DNA from: an uncultured archaeon
GTDB lineage: Archaea > Asgardarchaeota > Thorarchaeia > Thorarchaeales > Thorarchaeaceae
Assembly: GCA_964631415.1 (NCBI GenBank)
Contig: CAZVZC010000006.1
Coordinates: 12,319 to 76,318 of the forward strand
Reading direction: 5' to 3'
Length of the DNA: 64,000 bases
The notes below the pieces were generated by a model, which was given only the letters and a program-made list of their open reading frames with translations, was not told the DNA's origin and did no database searches. The translations under genes and the position numbers were made by a program. This document shows, piece after piece, positions 20,178 through 29,007 of the stretch (positions within the stretch are counted from its first letter, which is position 1; the number at the start of each line of letters is the position of its first letter).

Positions 20178-20549
20178 ATGTCGCTTCAGGACAGGGTGCC
20201 CAAACAGCTCAGACTTGGCGACTCAGTCATCTCTGTCACGATGGAGAATGATGTGGCGGTCTTTCCTACCAGCGAATATGTGCTTGTGGAGATCTCTTCG
20301 AAAGCAGGGAAGATAAACGTGCCCAAGATCTCCACTACCATTCGCAATCTTGTGAGAAGCGACAAACGAATCGTTGCGATTAGGGGATATGGCTTCAAGG
20401 GTATAGGGCTGGCTGTCCGTGTTGCTCATGAGCTCAAGTTGTTGGAGCAGCGGTTCAGGTACGAGATGACGTTCGACACCTTCGACGCGACGGACTCAGA
20501 CAACAAGACAATCACAAGCGTTCAGATCGTCATCGTACCCCCTGCGTGA
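20178..20549 (+). CDS. Alba-like nucleic acid-binding protein
   Basis: IRGYGFKGIGLAVRVA resembles the Alba motif IKARGRAISRAVDVA; terminal strand TSVQIVI. Confidence 0.7.
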   Translation: MSLQDRVPKQLRLGDSVISVTMENDVAVFPTSEYVLVEISSKAGKINVPKISTTIRNLVRSDKRIVAIRGYGFKGIGLAVRVAHELKLLEQRFRYEMTFDTFDATDSDNKTITSVQIVIVPPA

Positions 20550-20567
20550 ACGGATACGCTCATCCGG

Positions 20568-21233
20568 ATGTTGGGGCTTCAGGTAGTGCCGATAATGACA
20601 CTGACACCTACAAAGAGCAAGGAGAAGACCCAGCCGCTACTAGTTAGGGCAAAGATTACAAAGGTGAAGTTCCCCGAGAAGTGCCCGGTGTGTCTCGCCG
20701 AACCTGAGGACCTCGTGTCCATCACCGTCATGGAGAGCTCGCACTTCGACCAGTCCGCTGATAGCTCCACAAGTAGTTGGAGTGACGGCAAAGACAAGGT
20801 GGAGATGGCCCTCGCTGCCGCACAGGGCGCGGCCACATTCTGGGTGCCAACCTGCAGCGTTCATGGCAGCCGAAGTCTTAGGTCAGGTCCAAAGAGGTTC
20901 ATGGCTTGGGCGGCCTTCTTTGTCCTTTTCTATCCCGGTCTCTATTTCACCCTTGGAATAATGAACGCACTATACAACCCCAGACCCCTTCTTGAGCCCC
21001 TCTTGGGCTTGGTAGTGACTGCTTCCTTGTTAATCCTCCTAGCTTTCTACGGCTACTACGCCCGGGCGATAGAACGAACGCTCAAGATTGTCAGAATAGA
21101 CAGGCACGAAGATGCTGTATACATGGATATCAGGAATAGGGAATATGGAAAGATGTTCATGCAGTTGAATGATGGACAAGCAGACATTGTCGACAAGACA
21201 GGCCGGCCGATACCGGCGGACAATGTGCTGTGA
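20568..21233 (+). CDS. Hypothetical membrane protein (2 TM) with putative Zn-binding CPVC...CSVH
   Basis: FPEKCPVC and VPTCSVH precede two hydrophobic helices. Confidence 0.7.
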   Translation: MLGLQVVPIMTLTPTKSKEKTQPLLVRAKITKVKFPEKCPVCLAEPEDLVSITVMESSHFDQSADSSTSSWSDGKDKVEMALAAAQGAATFWVPTCSVHGSRSLRSGPKRFMAWAAFFVLFYPGLYFTLGIMNALYNPRPLLEPLLGLVVTASLLILLAFYGYYARAIERTLKIVRIDRHEDAVYMDIRNREYGKMFMQLNDGQADIVDKTGRPIPADNVL

Positions 21234-21358
21234 CGACTGGTCCAGACGTACTTTTTCAGATAAGCATAAACGCAGATGATGCAACACAGACTACAGCGGC
21301 GGAGGGATGAAGGATCCGTCACAAAGACGTTTTCCTGTTCTGGCTTGCAATACTGCTC

Positions 21359-22519
21359 GTGGCCCCAATCTGTCCCACCATTATAGCTCAGAGCGAGTCA
21401 CTAGAGATGAATACCCTCGAAGAACCCCAGCCGAGCATCCAGACAGACCCTCACATTAGTCATGATCCGATCTACATCTCAGGGAATGACGGTTTCTCAT
21501 CATGGCCGGGCACAGGGAGCAAGCAGGATCCTTTTGTGATAGAGGGCTTGAACATCACAAGCCCAGACTACTGCATCTGGGTGTCTAACACGACGGTGTG
21601 CTTCGTGATTCGAAACTGCATACTGCGGTGCACGACTGGGGGATGGTCGTCACTCACTCTGAACCAGGTCGCGAACGGAGCAGTCGAGCTCTGCGTTTCT
21701 CTTGATGGATTTCACGGAATTGACATTCTCTCCTCGGTCAACTGCACCGTCGAGGAATGCATGCTCAGGGGAAGCACGATTGGTATCCTGATGTCAGAGG
21801 CAGACAACTGCACTCTGTCCAGAAACACGGTTTATCTGAACCAAGAAGGTATTGAACTGACGGGCACAAACGATTCCCTAGTTGTGAACAACACATGCTT
21901 TCGAAACGCGCATTCAGGAATCAGAGTGTTATTGGAGTCCCATCGGAACAGAGTCTTCCTCAACAGCCTGGGGTGGAATCCGTACGAGGGCGCACCGTGC
22001 GTGAACGCACTAGACGATGGACGACTCAACCTGTGGGACGACAATGTCAGCAATGGTAACTTCTGGAACGATTATGTAGGAACGGGAAGCTATTCAATCA
22101 GAGGTACGGCTGTTTCTCGTGACCACTTCCCATCGGTACTCCTAGACACACTTGCCCCTGAAGTAGACCACCCTGACGATGCTAGACTGGGGCTGGGCGA
22201 TACAGGAAAGTTCCTGACTTGGCAAGCTTACGACAGGTTCCCGTACAGCTATGTGCTCTTCTGGGACGGACAATGGATGGATGGAAACCCGTGGGATGGG
22301 GACGGAATAAGAGCCGAACTCGATGACATATCTGTGGGGGTTCACAACTGCTCCCTGCTCGTGTACGACATTGGAGGAAATACGGCCAGCGACACAGTCA
22401 TGGTCGTCGTGACTTTCAATGTTCTAGGCGGCCTAGGAACGGAACTAGTAGGCATTGCATCAGCAGTCAGTGTTGTCCTCATGGTCGCCGGCATTCTGGT
22501 TGTCAAGGCGATGCGATAG
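21359..22519 (+). CDS. NosD/parallel beta-helix repeat surface protein with C-terminal TM anchor
   Basis: HDPIYISGN, GTGSKQDPFVIEG, repeated GI-x-L...NCT-x-x-x-N units, GNFWNDY, C-terminal hydrophobic helix. True start uncertain (see findings). Confidence 0.8.
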   Translation: MAPICPTIIAQSESLEMNTLEEPQPSIQTDPHISHDPIYISGNDGFSSWPGTGSKQDPFVIEGLNITSPDYCIWVSNTTVCFVIRNCILRCTTGGWSSLTLNQVANGAVELCVSLDGFHGIDILSSVNCTVEECMLRGSTIGILMSEADNCTLSRNTVYLNQEGIELTGTNDSLVVNNTCFRNAHSGIRVLLESHRNRVFLNSLGWNPYEGAPCVNALDDGRLNLWDDNVSNGNFWNDYVGTGSYSIRGTAVSRDHFPSVLLDTLAPEVDHPDDARLGLGDTGKFLTWQAYDRFPYSYVLFWDGQWMDGNPWDGDGIRAELDDISVGVHNCSLLVYDIGGNTASDTVMVVVTFNVLGGLGTELVGIASAVSVVLMVAGILVVKAMR

Positions 22520-22711
22520 GACGACCATAGATCTCGTCTGCTATGCAACAACCAAAGCGCACTGCATTTGCCATTGAAGAGAAACACAGTACTCATTAGG
22601 AGTAGTTTCATGGAGATGCCGCCAGTCTGTGAGCGCTCAATCGCAGGTGGCAAATACGAAGATACATAAGCATCACAAAGCGAGCCGAGGCCAGATTCCT
22701 CCTAGTAGGTA

Positions 22712-23299
22712 GTGATGACTGCAATGGCCCTTGACTTTTCGAAAGGCATCATCGAAGTGACTTGGCATGGACGCGGCGGCCAAGGTGTGGTCACCAGCAA
22801 TCAGATGCTGGGCAAGGCCGCTCTCTCTGAAGGCAACTACATCCAGGCCTTCCCTGAGTTTGGCCCAGAGCGAACCGGCGCGCCTGTTCGAGCCTTCCTG
22901 AGAATCAGTAAGAAACCCATTCAGCTGTACTCTCAGGTCTACCAGCCAGACATAGTGGTCTGCATTGACCCGACTCTTCTCAGTGTCGTCAATCCAAGTG
23001 AGGGACTGAAGAAAGATGGCGCACTCGTTCTGAATACCACACTGACCCCTGGGCAGATCAGGAGCAAGTATGGCCTGAAGGGCGGGAAGGTCGTGACAGT
23101 TGATGCAAGCACGATAGCAATGCAGATACTTGGACGACCTTTCTACAACATGCCCACCCTCGCAGCGGCAGTCAAGGCAACGGGTGCAGTGAAAATGGAA
23201 ACCGTGATTGCAGAGGTGTTGAGCCGCTATCCAGGCAAAGTTGGAGAACTGAACAAGAAAGCAATGGAGCGAGCAGCCTCAGAGGTGAGGATTGAATGA
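22712..23299 (+). CDS. porG: Pyruvate/2-ketoisovalerate:ferredoxin oxidoreductase gamma subunit
   Basis: HGRGGQG, FPEFGPERTGAPV. Confidence 0.92.
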   Translation: MMTAMALDFSKGIIEVTWHGRGGQGVVTSNQMLGKAALSEGNYIQAFPEFGPERTGAPVRAFLRISKKPIQLYSQVYQPDIVVCIDPTLLSVVNPSEGLKKDGALVLNTTLTPGQIRSKYGLKGGKVVTVDASTIAMQILGRPFYNMPTLAAAVKATGAVKMETVIAEVLSRYPGKVGELNKKAMERAASEVRIE

Positions 23300-23592
23300 G
23301 CAAGAAATCCAGCGAGATCCCGATGGCTGGTAACATACTAGAGCCAGGCAATGCGAGAGAGTACAAGACGGGCGGGTGGCGAGCTGAGCGTCCCAAGCAC
23401 AACCCGGAGGACTGCCTCTGGGTCAAGAACGGTACCTGTGGCTTGTGCTGCATCTTCTGTCCTGATAATGCAATCAAGTTGAGTGAGAAGGATGGCAAGT
23501 TTCTCTATGCTTATGATTATGACTACTGCAAGGGCTGCGGGATTTGCGCCAACGAGTGCCCAAAATCGTGTATCACTATGGAGGCTGAATGA
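23296..23592 (+). CDS. porD: Pyruvate/2-ketoisovalerate:ferredoxin oxidoreductase delta subunit (ferredoxin-like)
   Basis: KTGGWR, CGLCCIFCPD, DYDYCKGCGICANECP. Confidence 0.92.
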   Translation: MSKKSSEIPMAGNILEPGNAREYKTGGWRAERPKHNPEDCLWVKNGTCGLCCIFCPDNAIKLSEKDGKFLYAYDYDYCKGCGICANECPKSCITMEAE

Positions 23593-23595
23593 GAG

Positions 23596-24801
23596 ATGGC
23601 AGCTACTGCAAAGGTGACGAAACCCAAGGGGTCAATCGAGGGGCTGACTGGCGATGCTGCCATTGCATATGCTCTCAAGCAGTGTGACATCGACGTGTTG
23701 TCGGCCTACCCGATAACTCCTCAAACGATCATCGTGGAGGACTATCAGCGTTTCTTCGCAGAAGGCCAAGTCAAGACGAAGGTCATCCCTGTGGAGTCTG
23801 AGCACAGCGCAATGTCGGCCTGTATTGGAGCCTCTGCAGCAGGGGCAAGGGTGGCCACAGCAACGGCATCAGCTGGACTGGCACTCATGTGGGAGGTCCT
23901 GTACTGCGCGAGCGGAATGCGGCAGCCGATCGTCTTGGCTGTTGCGAACCGTGCCTTGTCAGCTCCTATCAACATCCATAATGACTGGAGCGACTCATAT
24001 GGGGCACGGGACAGCGGCTTCATTCAGATGTACTGCCAGAGCTGTCAAGAGGCATACGACACGACGATCATGTCATTCAAGATAGCGGAGAATCACAACG
24101 TGCTCCTTCCGGCCATGGTCTGCATCGACGGCTTCATCCTGAGTCACAATGTGGAACGTGTGGAACTCCTGCCAGATGACGTTGTCCGTGACTTCGTTGG
24201 TGTGAGGGTACCAGTACAACCGCTCAACCCGGACAAACCAATCACAATGGGTCCCTTGTGCTTGACTGACTACTACTTCGAGTTCAAGGAGCAGGAGGAC
24301 AAGGCGATGAGAGAGGTGTTCAAGGTCTACAAGGATGTTGAGGCTGAGTTTCAGAAGGTGACTGGCCGCTCATATGGTATGTATGAAACCTACAAGACGA
24401 AGGACGCTGATGTCATCATTCTCACGCACAGTTCTCCAGCAGGTACAGCCAAGGCAGCCGTTGATGCTCTTCGAGAACAGGGCGAGAAGGTTGGAGTACT
24501 CAGACTGAAGCTGTTCAGACCATTTCCTGCTGCCGAGCTGGCGAAGGAACTCTCCAGCGCCAAGGCTGTGGCTGTCTTTGAGAAATGCCTGTCCTTTGGA
24601 GCACCGACCAATCCCCTCGCACTTGAGGTAAGGACGGTCCTCTACGATCTGCCCAAGAAACCCATGGTGACGGACTTCGTGGTTGGGCTTGGAGGACGTG
24701 ATGTGCCGCCCACGACGATTGTCGAGGGATACAACAAGACAAAACAGTACCTAGAGAAGGGGAAGGCTCCACTCTACGAAACTCTGGGGGTGCGAAAGTA
24801 A
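23596..24801 (+). CDS. porA: Pyruvate/2-ketoisovalerate:ferredoxin oxidoreductase alpha subunit
   Basis: AYPITPQT, ESEHSAMS, NRALSAPINI, FRPFP, GLGGRD. Confidence 0.93.
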   Translation: MAATAKVTKPKGSIEGLTGDAAIAYALKQCDIDVLSAYPITPQTIIVEDYQRFFAEGQVKTKVIPVESEHSAMSACIGASAAGARVATATASAGLALMWEVLYCASGMRQPIVLAVANRALSAPINIHNDWSDSYGARDSGFIQMYCQSCQEAYDTTIMSFKIAENHNVLLPAMVCIDGFILSHNVERVELLPDDVVRDFVGVRVPVQPLNPDKPITMGPLCLTDYYFEFKEQEDKAMREVFKVYKDVEAEFQKVTGRSYGMYETYKTKDADVIILTHSSPAGTAKAAVDALREQGEKVGVLRLKLFRPFPAAELAKELSSAKAVAVFEKCLSFGAPTNPLALEVRTVLYDLPKKPMVTDFVVGLGGRDVPPTTIVEGYNKTKQYLEKGKAPLYETLGVRK

Positions 24802-25743
24802 ATGTCGATGAAACTAAAGGATCTGCTGCAGGCTCCAGAGGTGTTGGGATCGGGCCACCGAATGTGTGCAGGTTGTGGTGCGCCTACCGTCATCAAGTTG
24901 ATGGGCATGTCGCTGCGCGGCCCAACGATTGTGTGCAATGCGACAGGCTGCCTAGAGGTCGCAACTACCATCTATCCCTACACTGCATGGAAGGTCCCGT
25001 GGATACATGTTGCATTCGAGAATGTCGCAGCTGTTGCGTCAGGCATAGTCGAAGGCATAAGCGCCATGCAGGAGAAAGGTCGGTACAAACAGGAACACGT
25101 CGATGTGATTGCACTGGGAGGAGACGGTGGTACATTCGACATAGGCTTTGGTGCTCTTAGCGGAGCGCTTGAGCGTGGACACGACTTCGTCTATATGGTA
25201 TACGACAATGGTGCTTATCAGAACACAGGGATTCAGAGGTCAGGGGCTACGCTCCCAGGCCAGGAAACAACGACCTCTTGGGCCGGCAAGGCTGAGCCAG
25301 GCAAGAGGCAGAGGAAGAAGCCAATTGCCGAGATTGTGGCCGCACACAAGATACCCTACGTAGCTACTGTCGATCCATTCCATTATCGTGACTTCATCAC
25401 GAAGTTCCGCAAAGCGCTCGAAGTGGAGGGCCCTGCATTCATCCACGCATTCGCACCTTGCCCCAGAGGCTGGCGATCCGAGTCGTCGAAGACCATCGAG
25501 TTGGCGAGACTGGCAGTCGAAACTGGCATTCACCCGCTCTATGAGATCATCAATGGCGAACAGTATGTCATGTCAGCTCCGAGCAAGAGCCTCAAGGAAC
25601 TGAAGCCGGTGGACGAGTTCATGAAGTTACAGGGTCAGTTCAAGCACCTCTTCACCCCGCAGTGGGAGGACTTCAGAAAGCAGGTCCAGCAGCAAATCAC
25701 TGCAGACTGGGAACTGTTGAAGAAGAAATGCGGCGTCGAGTAG
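24802..25743 (+). CDS. porB: Pyruvate/2-ketoisovalerate:ferredoxin oxidoreductase beta subunit
   Basis: GHRMCAGCG, TGCLEV, TPP motif GGDGGTFDIG...YDN, PCPRGW. Confidence 0.93.
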   Translation: MSMKLKDLLQAPEVLGSGHRMCAGCGAPTVIKLMGMSLRGPTIVCNATGCLEVATTIYPYTAWKVPWIHVAFENVAAVASGIVEGISAMQEKGRYKQEHVDVIALGGDGGTFDIGFGALSGALERGHDFVYMVYDNGAYQNTGIQRSGATLPGQETTTSWAGKAEPGKRQRKKPIAEIVAAHKIPYVATVDPFHYRDFITKFRKALEVEGPAFIHAFAPCPRGWRSESSKTIELARLAVETGIHPLYEIINGEQYVMSAPSKSLKELKPVDEFMKLQGQFKHLFTPQWEDFRKQVQQQITADWELLKKKCGVE

Positions 25744-25765
25744 ACTCATTCTGTGCATTGGAGGA

Positions 25766-25790
25766 CAGCTGCCCTTCGGCAGCTGCATTT
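25766..25790 (+). terminator. Hairpin downstream of porB (putative terminator or 3' stabilising stem)
   Basis: Perfect 8-bp stem CAGCTGCC-CTTC-GGCAGCTG followed by CATTT, 22 nt after the porB stop. Confidence 0.4.
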
Positions 25791-25964
25791 CATGCGGCGA
25801 TGAGTATCTTACAGATTAGGCGCATGATTTCGCTAGGTTGTAAGTGAGCAGCAATCAACAAAATATGTTAATATGCGCCGAAAGGGAAACCTTGCTTAAG
25901 TCCGAACCATGCTAGTTCGGTTCGCAATGGGACTTGACCAACACAGAAATCGGAGAATGGATTG

Positions 25965-26096
25965 ATGACCTGTATCGAGTATAGCGCCGGAGACGAAAAG
26001 TGCAAGGTGGACGGTTTCAAGTTCTACAAGGGTATGCAGAAGCCCTGTGAGTATGTAGGTAAGCGTGACAAGTGTCCTAGACTTGTTATGAAGTAG
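25965..26096 (+). CDS. Small 43-aa four-Cys protein (not in ORF track)
   Basis: MTCIEYSAGDEKCKVDGFKFYKGMQKPCEYVGKRDKCPRLVMK*; GGAG upstream; all Lys codons are AAG, the codon favoured in neighbouring genes. Confidence 0.55.
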   Translation: MTCIEYSAGDEKCKVDGFKFYKGMQKPCEYVGKRDKCPRLVMK

Positions 26097-26125
26097 TGAC
26101 ATCTGCTTCCGACAACCTGCTTACA

Positions 26126-26245
26126 CTAGACTGGAATCCTGACTCGGAAAAGGTGTCGAAGAGCTGACTCCAGTCGATTCAACTCCTCTCCCCAGTCGAT
26201 ATCATCGACATAGACACGAAGACGGCTGGGGCTCTTCGTCGACAT
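26126..26245 (-). CDS. Small 39-aa hypothetical protein (not in ORF track)
   Basis: MSTKSPSRLRVYVDDIDWGEELNRLESALRHLFRVRIPV*; preceded by GGAG...GGTGG; strand followed by an amphipathic helix pattern. Confidence 0.4.
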   Translation of the reverse strand: MSTKSPSRLRVYVDDIDWGEELNRLESALRHLFRVRIPV

Positions 26246-26377
26246 CCACCACGAATCTCCTTTGTATGTAGTAGAAGGCCCAACAGGCAACTGCGACCTC
26301 ATGCATCGCTCAGAGATTCGGAGGAAGAGTTATTTGGCGTATGCTGGAATTAGAGGGCTGCTAGCGGTGATGCTTCG

Positions 26378-26641
26378 ATGAAAGCCTATGTCCTGATCAA
26401 GACTGCTGGAGGCAAGGAGGACGAAGTCCTGCGGAAACTCCTGAGCCTGTCCACCGTTGAAGAGGCTCACAAGGTGTTTGGGCCTTATGACATTGTGGCA
26501 GAGGTCCGCGGCAGAGATATGGAGACTATTGTCGAGATAGTCACAGGTCGGATCAGGAAGGTCGACGGGCTGCTGGACACGGAAACGCTACTTGTAGTTG
26601 ACCCCGAATTGGACATGGCTTCCTCAAGCCTAGCCTCCTGA
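26378..26641 (+). CDS. Lrp/AsnC ligand-binding (RAM) domain protein
   Basis: KAYVLI...EAHKVFGPYDIVAEV...IRKVDGLLDTETL; GGTGA Shine-Dalgarno upstream. Confidence 0.88.
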   Translation: MKAYVLIKTAGGKEDEVLRKLLSLSTVEEAHKVFGPYDIVAEVRGRDMETIVEIVTGRIRKVDGLLDTETLLVVDPELDMASSSLAS

Positions 26642-26783
26642 GCGTACTTGGCGCATTGCCTAAACTGAGTCCGTTCGAGAATTCGTTAAAAGGGACGGGA
26701 CCAGCATAAGGTTCATCGGGACCAAACTAAAGGAGGCAATCGGTATTCCCGCTAAGACCCTATCACGAAAGCCCTTCGCGCTT

Positions 26784-27590
26784 ATGATGCTTGATGAATC
26801 TGGAGAACTGAAGCCAGTCAGGCTGGATTCCAGTCTTGTGACAAGCGAAAACGCTGTCATTGTGCTTGATGAGTATCATGACACATGCTGGGTGTGGATT
26901 GGCAAGAACGTCAGCATGCCAACGAGGATGCACGCCCTCCGAATGGGAAAGAGCGTGCAAAAAGCGGGCCACAAAGCTGGCACTACCACAATCGGCATGG
27001 CGTTGTCACGAATCGTCGAGATGAACGAGAGGAGTGAAACCGACCCGGAGGTTGCTTCCAACATATCCTCATTCAGAGAGGCGCTCAGGGCGAAGTGGAA
27101 GTTCGAGGACGAGATACTGGCATTTGATGAGAGCCGAGTCACAGGCGGCACACCCCTAGCGGCAAGAAGAACGGAAGCTCGTACCCCAGAAGCCCCACCG
27201 ACTCTGACCGCAACAACCGTTGCGGCATCCTCCAGACCTCCACCTCCCCCTCCAAGGCAAGTACCGCCCACACCATCCCGAGAACCAAAGGTCAGTGTCG
27301 CCCCAATGCCGCCCAAGACGAAGCCTGCGGCGCCGGAGAAAGCCGACACGACAGTCGAGCAGAAGCTGGCGTATCTGCTTCTCTCAACCATCAAGAACTC
27401 AGACCTTGTCTACACAGAGAGGTTTGAGAGAAATGGCAAGATCGGTTTCAAGATTGAAGCACCCGGGATCGTCGTTGTTGAAGCGATTCTGGATGGCAAC
27501 ATACTTAGGATCGAACCGCCGAGCTTTGGCGACTCTGAGGGTGCATCACGCATCAGGTCAGAGTACGAGTCTTGGATGAGCAAGACCTAG
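26784..27590 (+). CDS. Gelsolin-like domain protein with polyproline linker and C-terminal alpha/beta domain
   Basis: SSLVTSENAVIVLD...WVWIGKNVS resembles the gelsolin consensus SSLNSGDVFILD...YVWxGK; RPPPPPPRQVPPTP linker. Confidence 0.72.
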   Translation: MMLDESGELKPVRLDSSLVTSENAVIVLDEYHDTCWVWIGKNVSMPTRMHALRMGKSVQKAGHKAGTTTIGMALSRIVEMNERSETDPEVASNISSFREALRAKWKFEDEILAFDESRVTGGTPLAARRTEARTPEAPPTLTATTVAASSRPPPPPPRQVPPTPSREPKVSVAPMPPKTKPAAPEKADTTVEQKLAYLLLSTIKNSDLVYTERFERNGKIGFKIEAPGIVVVEAILDGNILRIEPPSFGDSEGASRIRSEYESWMSKT

Positions 27591-27670
27591 TTGCTGTAGA
27601 CTGCAGACAGTAGAGGGCACGCTGCCGGCGCCATACTCGCGTCGGGAACCCTGAGATGGGTGTGTCAACT

Positions 27671-28426
27671 CTACTGTCCACGGACTCGAGACCAATACGT
27701 ATAGAGAGTCCTCAAACCCATCTTCTTATAGAGGGCGAGAGCAGGTGTGTTCTTTTCCTCGACTTGGAGATACACCCTAGTCGCTCCCTTTTCCATCGCC
27801 CAACTTACCAACGACTGGCACAGAGATGTAGCAACACCACGCCGTCTGTACTGACTCAACGTTTCCACGCCAAACAGTCCAAGCCAGCCTTGTTCCACAA
27901 CGCCCAAGCCCACTCCTGCGGTCTGTCCATCCACCACTGCCAAAGCAAACACGTGGTCCGGCTGAATCCGCTCAAGTATGCCCTTGCGGGCTTGGAGCAC
28001 CATATCCTCATACCCGCCAGCCGCGGCATAGGCTGCCAGCCAATCCTTTGTGAGAACAGGGCTTAGATGAACCGTCCATGGCCGCTCCACAGCGACCAGC
28101 CGCCTGGCGGTGGCTACCTGCGCATGGACACGCAGTTCTACCGCGTAACCAAGGCGTGCAAGTCTGTCGTCAAGCTCCTCAGGTAGACTCGCCTCCGTGA
28201 TCTGGAACTTCGCCTGAAGCCCACGACGCTCATAGAAGAACTCCGCATAGTCTATGGCATCCTCGAGCTCAATCCCGGGGTCGCCAAGTGGAAGTACGCT
28301 ATTGGCCCTTCTCGTGATTCCGTCATTCGCCCTGAGCTTCCAGCCTCCCAGCTGTTCCATGTCACGGGCAGGCCATGCGTTGGAAGCGACTTCTTCTATC
28401 TCACGTATCAATTCGGGCGCTGTCAA
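27671..28426 (-). CDS. GNAT family N-acetyltransferase
   Basis: NAWP, TRRANSV, QYRRRGVA, YLQVEEKNTPALALYKKMG. Probable TTG start at 28426 with GGAG upstream; the ORF track extends to 28630. Confidence 0.85.
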   Translation of the reverse strand: MTAPELIREIEEVASNAWPARDMEQLGGWKLRANDGITRRANSVLPLGDPGIELEDAIDYAEFFYERRGLQAKFQITEASLPEELDDRLARLGYAVELRVHAQVATARRLVAVERPWTVHLSPVLTKDWLAAYAAAGGYEDMVLQARKGILERIQPDHVFALAVVDGQTAGVGLGVVEQGWLGLFGVETLSQYRRRGVATSLCQSLVSWAMEKGATRVYLQVEEKNTPALALYKKMGLRTLYTYWSRVRGQ

Positions 28427-28899
28427 GTTTCGGTTCTCCAGACAAAGTGGTGTGTCTGCCACCTTTATAACGTTCATTGTAAGTTGGACAAAGAAGGTCA
28501 AGTCCGAAAGGTCCAGCTCACCGGGACGACTCACTGGATAGATCACGTGGGCGCCACCAGCTGGCGTCGGCTCCTGTTTCCTCGGCAGCTTCAGCAACAA
28601 GGTTGCGGCACTCAGCCTGTCAGATGACATTCCGTGCTATAGGCGACTCGAATCAGCTATCATTGAACACCCAGAATACCCGAGAGTCTACGCCTTTCTT
28701 CATGGATTCGTGAGTGAGCAAGAACCCGTCGAACCCAGCGGTGGGTACAGGATTAGAGGTGCCGATATCTTTGAGGGGGCTTGGGCATAGCAGGAGCATC
28801 GGCACTGATGACGATGCTAGAAGCGTCTTGCCGAACAACGTTGGTGTGAGGTGAGCGTTGTTGAGTGGCGTTCAGGTCTCTTTGCGTATCTGTGTGCTA

Positions 28900-29007
28900 G
28901 GGACTTGGGCGCGCGCAATCCTCCTGTGCCAACCCGGTGTGTGGAGGCAGCGGAGTCTCTCAGGAGATTCCCATCTCCTGATAGTCTTCGCAGAAACCCC
29001 AAGTCTT
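28900..29007 (+). ncRNA. Candidate structured RNA (three-way junction), family unassigned
   Basis: Closing stem GGGACTTGGG/CCCAAGTCTT encloses a CCTCC/GGAGG hairpin and a GCGGAG/CTTCGC stem extended by TCAGGAGAT/ATCTCCTGA. Confidence 0.3.

Noticed and set aside
28427-28630. ORF-track N-terminal extension of the GNAT gene (similar extensions at galT 29058, 43809, 49131, 57456, 61738)
   Set aside because: Downstream starts with SD motifs, stop/start overlaps or family-typical N-termini fit better.
28542-28790. Stop-free + strand frame (…SDDIPCYRRLESAIIEHPEYPRVYAF…)
   Set aside because: No usable start codon near its 5' end and no recognisable family; may be chance or a remnant.
28805-28835. 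CTGATGA motif suggesting a hammerhead ribozyme or box C/D sRNA
   Set aside because: No proper stem II plus GAAA for a hammerhead, and no correctly spaced CTGA D/D' boxes.
28900-29007. Three-way junction as 5S rRNA, SRP RNA, RNase P RNA or TPP riboswitch
   Set aside because: The diagnostic conserved sequences of these families are not found on either strand; kept only as an unassigned candidate.
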